Shown here one piece after another: positions 39,301 to 50,558 of a DNA stretch of 60,000 nucleotides (the first letter of the stretch is position 1; the number at the start of each line of letters is the position of its first letter). This DNA comes from Laetmonice hystrix (lineage: Eukaryota): contig OZ249436.1 of NCBI GenBank assembly GCA_965235115.1, forward strand, positions 11,720,001-11,780,000. The letters are read 5' to 3'. Under the pieces are notes generated by a model. It ran no database searches and was not told where the DNA came from. It worked only from the letters and a program-made list of their open reading frames with translations. A program made the position numbers and the translations under genes.

Positions 39301-42300
39301 CTCAACCAGCTGTCATGATGCCTACAGAGCAGCCACCTGCCTATTCCCCGTCCCCAGCCCAGCAGCAGCTCACAGAAGATCTGCAACGACGTCAGGATGA
39401 GCTGGAGCGCAAAGCAGCTGAGCTGCAGCGCAAGGAGCAAGAGATGAAGAGCATGGGTTATAACAGTAAGTCTGTTCGTCATAGAAGATACCCCTCTCAT
39501 TCCACCCATGGATTTGTTTTAGCATGTAGCCCTATGTAAGACTGCTATCTCTTTCTAATGTTTGTCAATATGGGTGCCTTCTCATGAAACAGAGTGTCAT
39601 GCTTCTGATGTAAACAGCATCTGTTGAACCTGGGTGGTAAATTAGAAGGGCAGATTAGAAACTTTACTTTGACTGACCTTTCCTGATAACACACTCTAAT
39701 GAACTGAGAGCAAGCGATGTTCAAACAGAACGGACAGCTGCTATGGATCATTTGGACTAGCTTCTTGATGTGCTTATTAGATATTTAACTAATAATTGTT
39801 TGCATTTTACAACATAGAGCTTCTGGTGCTAAATCTTGGCAGTTAATAATCTTGTAATTACTTTTTGTTGAATTCAAATAACCTTGAGATAAAACCAGGA
39901 GGCATTAATTATCAAGCCGGTGTCGGTTGCCTATGGTGATGAATGAAATGTAGGCCGAATCATGAATACATATAGGCAGTAAAGATGAAAGGGCATAATA
40001 AAATGAGAAAAGATAAGACTGGGTTTTTTTAAGTGCTGTGCTCATAAGGAGTCATTAGTGTCCAGAGAGTTTTAGGAAAATGTTGCCATTTCATGTTCAG
40101 TTTGTCAGCAGTCCACTAGAGGAATACAATGTAGTTAGGTTTTAAATCTAACAAGCTTACATAAACACATGTAATGGGAAAAATGAATTCACTTCAGCCT
40201 CAAGAGTGGCCACTTTTGTGTGCCTTCTGACCTGGAATTACCTTTTTTTTTAATCACTGATATCCTTTTAAGATATGGAATCTTGGTTTCTTATATTTTC
40301 TCCTTGTCCTTTGAACACTGATTAAGTTTTTGCCTGTATTTCAAGCCCTGAATATCTCAGAATTTTGAGGAGTTGGTTCAAGATTTTTCAACTTAAGTTG
40401 CCTTTAGTTCAAAGCAACAGTCTGAAATAGGGATGAGTATGGAAAAAACTTTACTGAGATGATCAAAGTAAGGGATGCAGCTCTACTTGCTGGGTTTAGT
40501 GTCCTGAGTCTTTGAAAAATGAGATACAAAATTTGTAACTTAGGATAACTATGACTTGAATAACAGGTTACTTTCATATCATTGAACAAAGTGGCTAGGT
40601 ACAAATGAAGAGGTGCCGCTTCAATTAATTTAAAGTACACTGTGTCTCAGGTGACAGAACAACCACACACCTGATGATAACAGGTTGAACACACACGGAT
40701 CAGGGATGTCAGTGTTTCAGAGATCCGCCCAATTTCCGAGAATTGAAATTGGCCCAAATCTGAGGAATAAAAGCCTAGCTAGGCCTAATTCAGAGCCCAA
40801 AAACATAGCATCCAGCGCATTTTTGCTGACACCGTGCACACCTAGATATCTTCCATCAATAACATGCCGTCCTGGACACCCTCACCGGCCTCGGAAGGGC
40901 CGAGGAAGAGCGTCAACACGTGCTTCTGTTTACAAAGTTTCAGCATCAGCGGAGAACTTTGCGTCCGCCAAAATTTCTACGGAGTGAATGGTGTCTATCT
41001 GCTCTGCGATTGGCTAAAAATACATGGAAATTAAGTTGATATTATTTCCTCCAATGAGAACGCGTCGTTTATTTGCAAACACAAATGTCATGGCGCCAAC
41101 TGATGGATAGTGGTGCAAGCGTGTTGATCCACGGCATCCACATATTCGTCTGGGTGTTACCCAAAATCTAAGCCAAAAGGAATGGAAAAGTCTATGTGAA
41201 AAAATTCTATTTGGCCTAGTTGAGGAGACGAGAGGTGGTGTAGGTTTGATACCTAGGCTAAGCGAATCAGTCATGTGGCGGGCGTCTGGCTGACACAGTG
41301 CCGGGAGAGGCGGTGTCGCTGTGAGGGGTGAGTTGATCGGGGGGGGGGGGGGGGGGGGCTTGCAGATCAGACAACCCAGACCTTGCCATTATTAGTTTGC
41401 CCCAAGTCTGGAGCAGTGTTTAGGTCCACCCAGCCTAAGATGGCAACCAAATGAAAGTGAAAAAATAATTGAGGATTTTTAATTTTCTTTTAAATTTAAA
41501 ACAATTCTCCTGGGTTGAAAACCTTCATTTTTGATGGGGTTTTTTTTCCAGTGAAATGAGGGCGGGGGGGGGGGTACCCATGTATTAAAGCTGCCAACAA
41601 TTTTCAGAGAATTTTGGTCTGGGCCACTGACATCCCTGACGGATAGAATTTCCACAAATCCCACCCTGTCCCAGTGAAGATTTTATGCTTATGAAGATTC
41701 AGCAGTGTGGACTGGTGTGATCCTGTCTGAATGATGAATTTTTGCCAGATTTAGATATAATTTTGTGTGTTGTGCAGGTGATGGTAGGTGTCCTCATTTT
41801 TGCGTGAGTAGTATTGAGTTCTGATACATTGACTGCAGTGTAGTATTTGATCTGCTATCTCAAAGTACATAAAATTGCAGTTTACATGAAATGGTAAATA
41901 CGATGGAAAATATTCTGTGTTTGTAAAAATAAAATAACAAAGGAATCTCCCCCACCTTGAGGGATCTCTCCCGTTTTTTCTTTTATGGAAAATGCCTAGA
42001 AAAAACCTATTTATTCAGGGTAGAAGACAAAAGAAGACAAAATTTACATTTTGACAAGTGGACCGGGGCACACAAGAGCCCAATATTCTGAAGGTGGTGT
42101 GCAGTAGTACCAGTATCCATTGAAATTAATTTAAAAGAAAAAAAGAAATACCAGTACCTAGGCACCCTGTTAACACTAGCTACTCTGTTCCCGGTTATGT
42201 AGTAAAATACGACCCTATACAGAACTTTGATTTCTTTGAACCAGATTAATATCCCAAGTAGAGATTGAAGTGGTGTTGGTACATGTGGACAACTGGTAAT

Positions 42301-45300
42301 TTATCTAACGATGTTACAGATTATTTAACATCAGATGTCATGCTGCAGCTAACGTCCAATCATTCACTCTTTTTTTTATAGTCACTGAAGTTCTATAGCA
42401 TTCAAGTTTCTGGAGTTCTCCTTTAGTTTGTATACTTTGCTAAGTTGCTTGCTACCTTCTCTTCCCAAATCCTGGCTCTATAGACTAAAGTTCTGTTTGT
42501 TTTTAATTTCATCTGGTTGTTTTGGTAACAGGTCAGGCTCTGCTCGGTTCAGAAAGATTGGGTAAAATAATATCCTGTAGATTTTCTGTAAGGTTTTTAA
42601 ATATGCATAAGAAAACCTTTGGCCTTGATAGCAGATGAAACATAGATCATGGTGGGGAAGACTGTCAACTAAATTGAAATCTTGATATTTTAGCCTTCCC
42701 AGGAAGTGGAGGTGGTCTAGGTAATGAACTCATTTATTCATCGTTGTGATATCAGTCAGTCTGAATTACTGCATATGTTTAATTTGTTTGGTTTTTGTAA
42801 ATGACTATCCTAATTATTGTTAACTCAAGAATGCCATATAGTTAGTATGTCCTTCTCAGTGGTGGTAGGTATGGAAAGAAAAGGTTGAACCCAGAATTGG
42901 CATCTCGTACTTGAAACATAAGCAAGTCTGTATCAGTTGGCATATTGTAGGTTTTGTGTTGATCACTTGAGCAGTCGTGATGTGAAAATAGATGACCACT
43001 CAATCCTGCACTTTGGCCTACCTGTTTTAGACACATTTCTCAGATTCAAGGTCGTTCATCAGTAGTTGGTAGCTTTTCTGGTGGATACTTTGCGAACCAA
43101 TGAAATTCTTAGATTAATCCACATGTTGGAATGATATGGTCAGTAATAGTGTTGCAGAAACTGGTTCTGGTTTACTACTGGGATAGGGAGATTCCCAGTT
43201 TATATGTGGATGTCATAATTTGAAAATTACAAAGGGAAGACTGTACCTTTTCTCAGATTCTCCGTTCACGAAGGCTTAGCCTTTGGCTTAAATTTTTCCG
43301 ATTCCTCTGTAACTAATATAATTTTAAAACAACGGTACTGAATTCTCACCTGATGTCATCAAAATGTCCTAGCAAGCGTGATAGCAGCTGTAGATGAATC
43401 TGTTCCATTATTGTTTACAAACCACTGTGAAAACAAAAGTCGCTTTGATTCATTGCATCCAGCCCTGTATCATGGATCTTGTCCTACATCTTTCTGGACC
43501 TTCCTAGCATCGCCATACTAATTCACCATACTAAAACACTCAGCAATTTGTGGTATCTCTGAACTCAAAAGACAACTCTTTGTAACTTGCACTAACCGTT
43601 TAAACATAGGGTCTGTGTTCTATGTTTATTTGTTGGTTGTGCCTGCAGCATGGCATCTTTTTGGGTCTCCAACATTTTAGCAAATTAAGGTTGTTTAAAG
43701 AGGGATGTTAGATCTTAGAAAGCAGAAAGGTGAGATGATGAGCATTTGGTAGGAAAGTCTACAATTCTTGGATGAAGCTCGAGTTTTTACTTCCTTTTGG
43801 GGCGTTTCAATTGGATCCTCAAGAATTCCTCAAAAATTAACTGGACCAACTCCTCCAGTAAGATCTGTAGTCATAAATAAACTTTATTTTGTAGTAAAGA
43901 TAGTACCAATCGATAACCCAATAACCTATTTGAAGTTGGTTTATACTATACTCTGGCAATGTGAAGTGTCCATTTGCCTGTTTAGCTCTTAATGTAGCAG
44001 ATACTTTCTCCTAACCTACCTTTTGTGCTTCCAATGTAGCAATGATTTTATTTGGTATTAACTATTATTATTATAGTATTTGTGTGATAAGGTGGTAGTG
44101 TAAGATAGAGTTGTCATGGTTTCACTTCCTGGTAGGTTAATTTTAAAGACCCTTTTAGTTTCAGTGTTCATTACAGGTTTTGGAGAAAAGGGGCCAGGGC
44201 AAATGGGGGTAATGAGTGAAATTACATGGGACATGTACAGGTTTTGGAGAGAAGGGGCCAGGAAATATGGGGGTCATGGACCCATGAAATTACATGGGAT
44301 ATGTACAGGTTTTGGAGGAAAAGGGGCCAGGACATATGGGGGTCATGGACCCGTGAAATTACATGGGACATGTACAGGTTTTGGAGAGAAGGGGCCAGGA
44401 CATATGGGGGTCACGAGTGAAATTACATGGGACATGTACAGGTTTTGGAGAGAAGGGGCCAGGACATATGGGGGTCGCGAGTGAAATTACATGGGACATG
44501 TACAGGTTTTGGAGAGAAGGGGCCAGGACATATGGGGGTCATGGGTGAAATTACATGGGACATGTACAGGTTTGGGAGAGAAGGGGCCAGCACATGGGTC
44601 ATGGGTGAAATTACATGGGAGATGGACAGGGACCCTTCCTTTGCCTCATAAGCAAGAAAAAGCTATTGGCACTAGCAGCCGTTTTACAGCGGTCGAAGCT
44701 CTTTTTATTAAAAATAGATAGTTTATATATAAACGTCATCCTGATCATTTCTTTGATAAATTTATATAAATTACTTGTTTACCTTGACCACGCATCAGGT
44801 TCACTTTAAACAATAAAATCTTTATATGTCTACATAATCTTCATCATTTCTCTGATAAATTTAGCCAAATGTCAAAAGAAATCTTGATATGAACTCCTGA
44901 TACTTATTCTGACAAAAAGTGCTTGAGTATGTTCCATCCAGTTTTTTGGCATATCTTTGTTTTTAAAAAAAAATCTGAATTTTTTTGTTCAATTACTCCT
45001 ACTCTCTTTCAAACCCTGGACAATCTCATAGTCTTACTTATTTGACACAGTTTGTGGCAGTATGGGAAGTGTGCCATATTGGCACAGGCATACCATGAAA
45101 ATAGTGTCAGTGGAGAAAAAATGGCCTGTAATGAACACTGCCCTTCACTGTAAAAAAAAACACTTTTTTTATTATGTTTACCCGGCTACTCTTTGGTACT
45201 GGTATATTAACTTGGTAAAAACAAGAAAATAAGTTACCTGAGAACTAATTCAAATGATAATGTTTGAACGAGGCTAGGGGTAGCATTTAGGTAACTGCTG

Positions 45301-48300
45301 AAATGCTACCACTAGCCTCATTCAAACACAACTGATTCAAATAATGAGCTGTGTATAAGATTGTGAAATCTCACTTAGAGCTGTGGACTATGCCTAGATA
45401 TTGCTGAAATTGTAATTCTGTTGATTTGTTGGGAACAAAATATTGTATTTAACAACAAGATCTGTAAAATAGAAATATTATAGTGTGATAGTGCCACTTT
45501 ATCAACAAAGCCTAAGTGTTTATTATCCATATGTGGCCATGTATGTTTAAAAGAAAAAGTAATTTCTGTAGTAAGCAGAAAGTTCTTTATTATGTAAACT
45601 GTGCAGTAATAGATTAAGTGAGATGTACACAATTTGCATGTTTTTTTTAAATAATGGCGTCATTAGTTTGTCCCCGTTTATTTCCTGTTCAGTGATTGCT
45701 AAGAAGTTCTGTATATTGAGCTCATTCACTTAGTGATGTATATATTTTTTTATTGTGTCTACTTACAGCACGGAAGAATAATTTTCCACCATTGCCAGAG
45801 AAATTTCCTGTACAGCCCTGCTTCTACCAAGACTTTTCTGTAGATATTCCACTTGAGTTCCAGAAGATTGTGAAAACAGTATACTATTTATGGTTATGTA
45901 AGTATGCACACACTTCTGCAAAAAAGGACAGTTTTTATTTTGTTAAATTTAATGTAAGAATTATGTTTAAATTCATACGAGCAATATAATCATGATAACA
46001 GTAGAGGAGATGAGTTTGTGTATTTAGTTCAAGGGGATGAGAATGCCCTGTCTAGTATATGTTAACCCTATTTTGGTTAAAACATTTAAAGCACCCCCTG
46101 TAGGCTGGAAAAAAATCCAGCCTTTTCAACATTGTTTCCATTGAGAATTGACATAATGGTCTGTATGTTTGCTTGATGTAAATAGTTGTAACCTTTTCCT
46201 TTCAGTCTATGTCTGTCTACTATTCCTGAATGTGTTGGGTTCGCTGGCCTACTTCATCGCCTCTGTACAGACAGATGGTGCTGACAACAAGTCGGGCATC
46301 ACTTTTGGCCTGTCCATCCTCTTCGTAGTTCTGTTCACTCCATGTTCTTTCGTCTGCTGGTATCGCCCACTCTACAAGGCATTCAGGTAATGGGACCACA
46401 AGGGTGTCGCTTGGCACTGCCAAGAGCCCAAGTGTAGGCACTCAACATTGTATATCCAGAAAGATTGACAATTTTACTCCTACTCTTGTATTTATCAGTA
46501 TGCAATTAAATATGGATGAAGTTTTTCATTTTTCTAATTCCTTCTAACTTATCTTTTATGGCGTTCAAATTAAGCGGTTGTCTGGTTGTGCGAGACAACC
46601 TAAAATTTTGTCGGACAACCCTACATTTCCAACAGGGTTGTCCGACGGACAACCTCATTTTTTTGGTCTGGAACAGTGGGCCGACCGCCTGCTTGATCGA
46701 CTCACTCTAAGTGGGCAATGATAGGTGACAACATAATCCTCGCGCTCTTCACTGTCGAGTTGCAAATTTCACACTGAAGTGCGCGAGGACGTTCCAAGCA
46801 TTGTGGTACAATTCTGGACAACCAGAAATTCCTGCAAACAACCAAGGTTCCATATATGGGTTGTCTGGTGGACAACCCGAGAAAATATCCTTAAATTGAA
46901 CGCTGCCTTTAGGGCCAGACTCTGGAGTATGTTAGTAATAAAGGGATGTTTGCTGTAATGGGTGTTGGTTTGAGTTGTAATTCAATATTCTAACATTGCT
47001 TGTTTTTCCTTGCAGGAGTGACAGCTCATTCAACTTCTTTGTGTTCTTCTTCATCTTTTTCTTCCAATTCTGTGTGACAATCATGCAGTGTCTTGGAATT
47101 GATGGATGGGGGACATGGTAAGTGTTAACTTACCTTATTCTTGATGGACACTTGTCAATCAGTCTCAGACCATGGCAATGTAAGTACTAAGGTCCAAACA
47201 GGAATGTCCCATCCTGATAAGTGATAGTTGTGTGTCTGCCATAATTATTTAGTTTTATATTGTCTTAGGAACTCAGTGCTTAGATTTCTCTTGATTGAAA
47301 AATTATCTAGAGATTGGAAGCGTTTACATTTTGTAACAAGTGGTTTGTTTCTATCAATGTATTGTAGATAAGCAGTTTATTGTGCTGTATTGAAGCATCA
47401 ATTATGACATGGCCAGACTGTGAAACGAACTAGAGATTAGTGACTACATTGTATTTGTTGAGCAGTAGTTCTTGTTAAACAACTGAACTAGGTCCCTACT
47501 TCTCCAAAGTATTCAGATATATTATGATATTGAAGTCATTGACTGTTTTTAGATATTAATAATTTGTACATTGCCATATTGTATTAATCACAAAATATTT
47601 TAAAGTTTCAAACGATGGTTTCTTTTGTTATTTATGGCTGTTATCTTGAAGGGTATGATTTCTTGTTTAGAAAACGAGATAGTCGGAGGATATAGATGGT
47701 CGAATGCTGGTCCTGCAACACATAATGCATGTATTGAGAGCTCATCGTTCATTGAGGACTCCTTCATGGGGGTTGTCCTTCGTTGCAGTGGCATCATCAA
47801 TGGCCTGTCAATGGTGACCATGGGCAGCGGTGGACCAGTAGCTGTCGGCATCATCCTGCTGCTCCTTGGTCTTATGTTTGGCCTCACTGCCCTTGCTGAC
47901 ATGGTTGTTCTTATCAAGGTACCCGTAAAAACCCTCCCGTTTTCCCGTCCTTAACCTACACTTCCTTCAGGCTATCGGCAGCATGCAGACGCCCTTCTCG
48001 CACAGCAGGCCAACCAAACGGACGCATCCTTATGTTCTCTACAGTCACTCGGCGGGGGGTTGGCAATCTTACCTACATTGAAGAAGATAACTAGTAGAGT
48101 TAAATGGAAGAGAGCATCGGGATGCGATCCGCAGCATGGGTTAAACTTTTTTTAACTTTTGTGGTTAGTGAAGAAGTTTAGCACTGTGCTACACAACACT
48201 TGCGAGACCCAAAATAAGAAAAGCAATTCTATCAAGTTTTGTTAGATTATGCAAATTTTATCCAAAAATGTATGAATACAAGGATCTGTTCTGGCCGTTT

Positions 48301-50558
48301 TTACAGCCGATAATTGAGATATCGGACAGGGGTGAAGATCGAATTAAGAACAAAATCATAGTCATGTATTGATCTGGTGTAAGAAAGCCAAGAATTAGTT
48401 GAGTGTTGGAAGCACAGTGCTTGACTCGATTGCATGTTCTGTAGTCCTGTAAGCTTGTTTATTTTATGGTCTTGTTGATGTTAAAGACTTTCATTACAGA
48501 TGCTTTAGTCATCCGTTTTTTTAACCCTTACTCCAGGACCCCTGACTGGAATCAGACTTCCTTTCCCCTCTAACGAAGTGTACAGTAGCTAAATCGCCAA
48601 GTATTGAATTATAAAAGTCACTGTATTGTTACATACACGTAATATAAAAATCTTTGGAGGTGTGATGAAGAGAATTAAAACTCGTGTGTCAGTCATGGGC
48701 TTTGGAGACAACGTTTACGGTTTAGCTAGAGAAATTGTGAAAGCCATTGAAGGCATACGATTAAATTAGATTTGATCATTTTTCATGCAAGGACTGGCTA
48801 AAAACGGAGAAACGTCTTTCTCTGTTTGCCTGAGAGACAGTTGAGCTGGTGTAGCTGATATATTGTGTTTTATTTGGAAATAATTTTGCCATCGTCTGTT
48901 CTGAGGTTTGATAGTAAAAACATGTTGATAGTACCAGAATACTGAGGGTTGTCTTGGATCTCGTGTTTAGTGGTTGGATCAGTGGCCTTGAAGTGATCAC
49001 ATACAATAAACCAGTGGCTGTTATAATGATGGTCCTCGCCAGCATGCATTCAGTCGTAGCAGTCATCGAGATGGTGCTACTTGTTAAGGTTGGTCCTGTG
49101 TGTCTGCTAATAAATCTAATCTAGACTAGTCTAGACTCTAGTTTTACTGGTGGTATTCTCTTGTGTGATCCACGTGAGGCTGCTCACTGTGGACTGTCAC
49201 TTTGTTGTACCTAGAAAATATAACACAATCTTTGCATTGAATCTACTGACTGAAGCAAGTTTGCTCTTGGTCACTAGGTGCTGAGCCACAGGCTTGGGCA
49301 GATAACACTAGCATGTAGCTAGGATAAGGCTGTGCAGGCTAGTTGGAAGTTGAATTCTAGTGTGATTTGATTAGAAATCTATCAGGGGAAACTCTTCTCA
49401 TGTTTTTTTTTAAAGAGATAATTCTCATTGATTAGGCTCAGCAAGGAAGTGCTTCGAGATGGCTTAGATTGCATCATGTCTAAACCTGTATGGCACGTAA
49501 GAAGGACTCTGTGGTCAGGGCAATGGTTTCGAAAGGGTTCACAAGGCTTGGATCAGTGAAGTGTTCCTTAATCTCTGTTAATGTGTGTAACAATACAGTA
49601 AGACTGGCAGTCGGTTGATTAGGATGTGTTTCTTTGTATTATTTGCAGATTTAGGTGTGCAGTGTATAGCGTCGTAGTTGGATGTTAAATAAACTACCTT
49701 CCTAGATCCCTGTCTCCTTTCAGTTCTAAGTAACTAACAGAAAGTGTTGTGTTGTGTTCCTTATAGTGGGTGGATTAGCGGTTTTGGAATGATGACCCAC
49801 GTCAAAGGGGTGGGAGCTATGATGCTCATATTTGGGGTGCTCTTCTCTCTCCTTGCGACAGCAGATATCGTCATGCTGATAAGGGTAGGTATGGTCAGGG
49901 AAGGGCCTGGATGGCTTTATGATCGTGCTGGCACTGCGTGATGAAGATCTGGGCATTCACGCTGGCAAAGCAAATATGTGCTATGTGCATCACAAAAAGT
50001 GGGATACTTTGTTGTTAGGGCTGTAAAAGATGGATAGAGTTTTAAGGAAAAAAAAATTGTCAGTTTAGTTTTGTTTCTCATTACGTATTCTTTTCCATCA
50101 TAGATGTAATGGCTGTGAAAAATGTTTTAAAAGAACATATTTCAAGAATTTATTACGAAGCTACTTTACGATCATGTATGGTTTATTATTGCTCAATTTG
50201 CTCTGGCCAAAGTATGAGCCAACAATTGAAGATGTAATTTAATTAAAAGAATGTAGTCGCCAGGTTTTATTTACTTTTAAGCTTTGTAAGTTTGAAAAAG
50301 TCAGTGAATACTTATTTTTTCGTTTATTTGATTATTGTATTGTTTGTCAAGAACTTCATAATAACTAATAGTTTGATCATGTTTTCTACATAGGTGCATC
50401 GCATCTACAGGAGCACAGGAGCCAGCTTTGAGAAAGCACAAGCTGAGTTTGCACAAGGTGTGATGAGTAACCGTACTGTACAACAAACGGCCGCTAATGC
50501 AGCTTCGACAGCAGCTCGCAGTGCTGTAGACCAGCAGATGGGAGGCAACCGTTACTAA
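36371..50558 (+). CDS. SCAMP1: Secretory carrier-associated membrane protein (SCAMP1-like), 354-358 aa depending on exon 7 variant
   Basis: Exons 36371-36427 ([19 protein letters not shown]), 38793-38891 (..DDYNPF..), 39252-39465 (coiled coil [15 protein letters not shown]), 45769-45897 ([15 protein letters not shown]), 46206-46386 ([12 protein letters not shown]-peptide), 47016-47117 ([12 protein letters not shown]), one of 7a/7b/7c, and 50394-50558 ([19 protein letters not shown]...*). N-terminal NPF repeats present. Confidence 0.97.
37556..38057. mobile_element. Inverted-repeat element (MITE-like) in SCAMP intron 1
   Basis: ~50 bp imperfect TIR: CTGGTGTGGCATACTGTGTAGCTTCCGC.. / ..GCGGAAGCTACAGTATGCCACACCAG. 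Confidence 0.65.
40701..41638. mobile_element. Non-autonomous DNA transposon, CAGGG termini, 6-bp TSD
   Basis: ACGGAT|CAGGGATGTCAGTG ... CACTGACATCCCTG|ACGGAT. Confidence 0.8.
42532..42561 (+). CDS. Candidate SCAMP microexon (30 nt, phase 1-1)
   Basis: taacAG|gtcaggctctgctcggttcagaaagattgg|GTaaaa; open in frame ([10 protein letters not shown]). Confidence 0.4.
42694..42720 (+). CDS. Candidate SCAMP microexon (27 nt, phase 1-1)
   Basis: atttttAG|ccttcccaggaagtggaggtggtctag|GTaatg; open in frame (xFPGSGGGL). Confidence 0.5.
   Translation, partial: PSQEVEVV
44172..44630. repeat. ~64-68 bp minisatellite, ~7 copies, SCAMP intron 3
   Basis: Unit TACAGGTTTTGGAGAGAAGGGGCCAGGACATATGGGGGTC..GTGAAATTACATGGGACATG. 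Confidence 0.95.
46560..46905. mobile_element. MITE with GGACAACC subterminal repeats
   Basis: Imperfect TIR GCGTTCAAATTAAG / CTTAAATTGAACGC. Confidence 0.6.
47789..47918 (+). CDS. SCAMP1: SCAMP alternative exon 7a (lumenal loop + TM4)
   Basis: ttgcAG|t...aag|GTaccc; 130 nt, phase 2 in, phase 0 out; [43 protein letters not shown]. Confidence 0.85.
48971..49088 (+). CDS. SCAMP1: SCAMP alternative exon 7b (lumenal loop + TM4)
   Basis: gtttAG|t...aag|GTtggt; 118 nt, phase 2 in, phase 0 out; [39 protein letters not shown]; not represented in the ORF track. Confidence 0.85.
49767..49884 (+). CDS. SCAMP1: SCAMP alternative exon 7c (lumenal loop + TM4)
   Basis: cttatAG|t...agg|GTaggt; 118 nt, phase 2 in, phase 0 out; [39 protein letters not shown]. 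Confidence 0.85.

Noticed and set aside
44116..44721. Overlapping repetitive ORFs; CRISPR-like periodicity
   Set aside because: Minisatellite with no unique spacers in a eukaryotic intron; not CRISPR and not coding.
47971..48095. Possible fourth SCAMP exon 7 variant after the TCCTTAAC..AG
   Set aside because: Translations show no TM segment or homology and end in stops.
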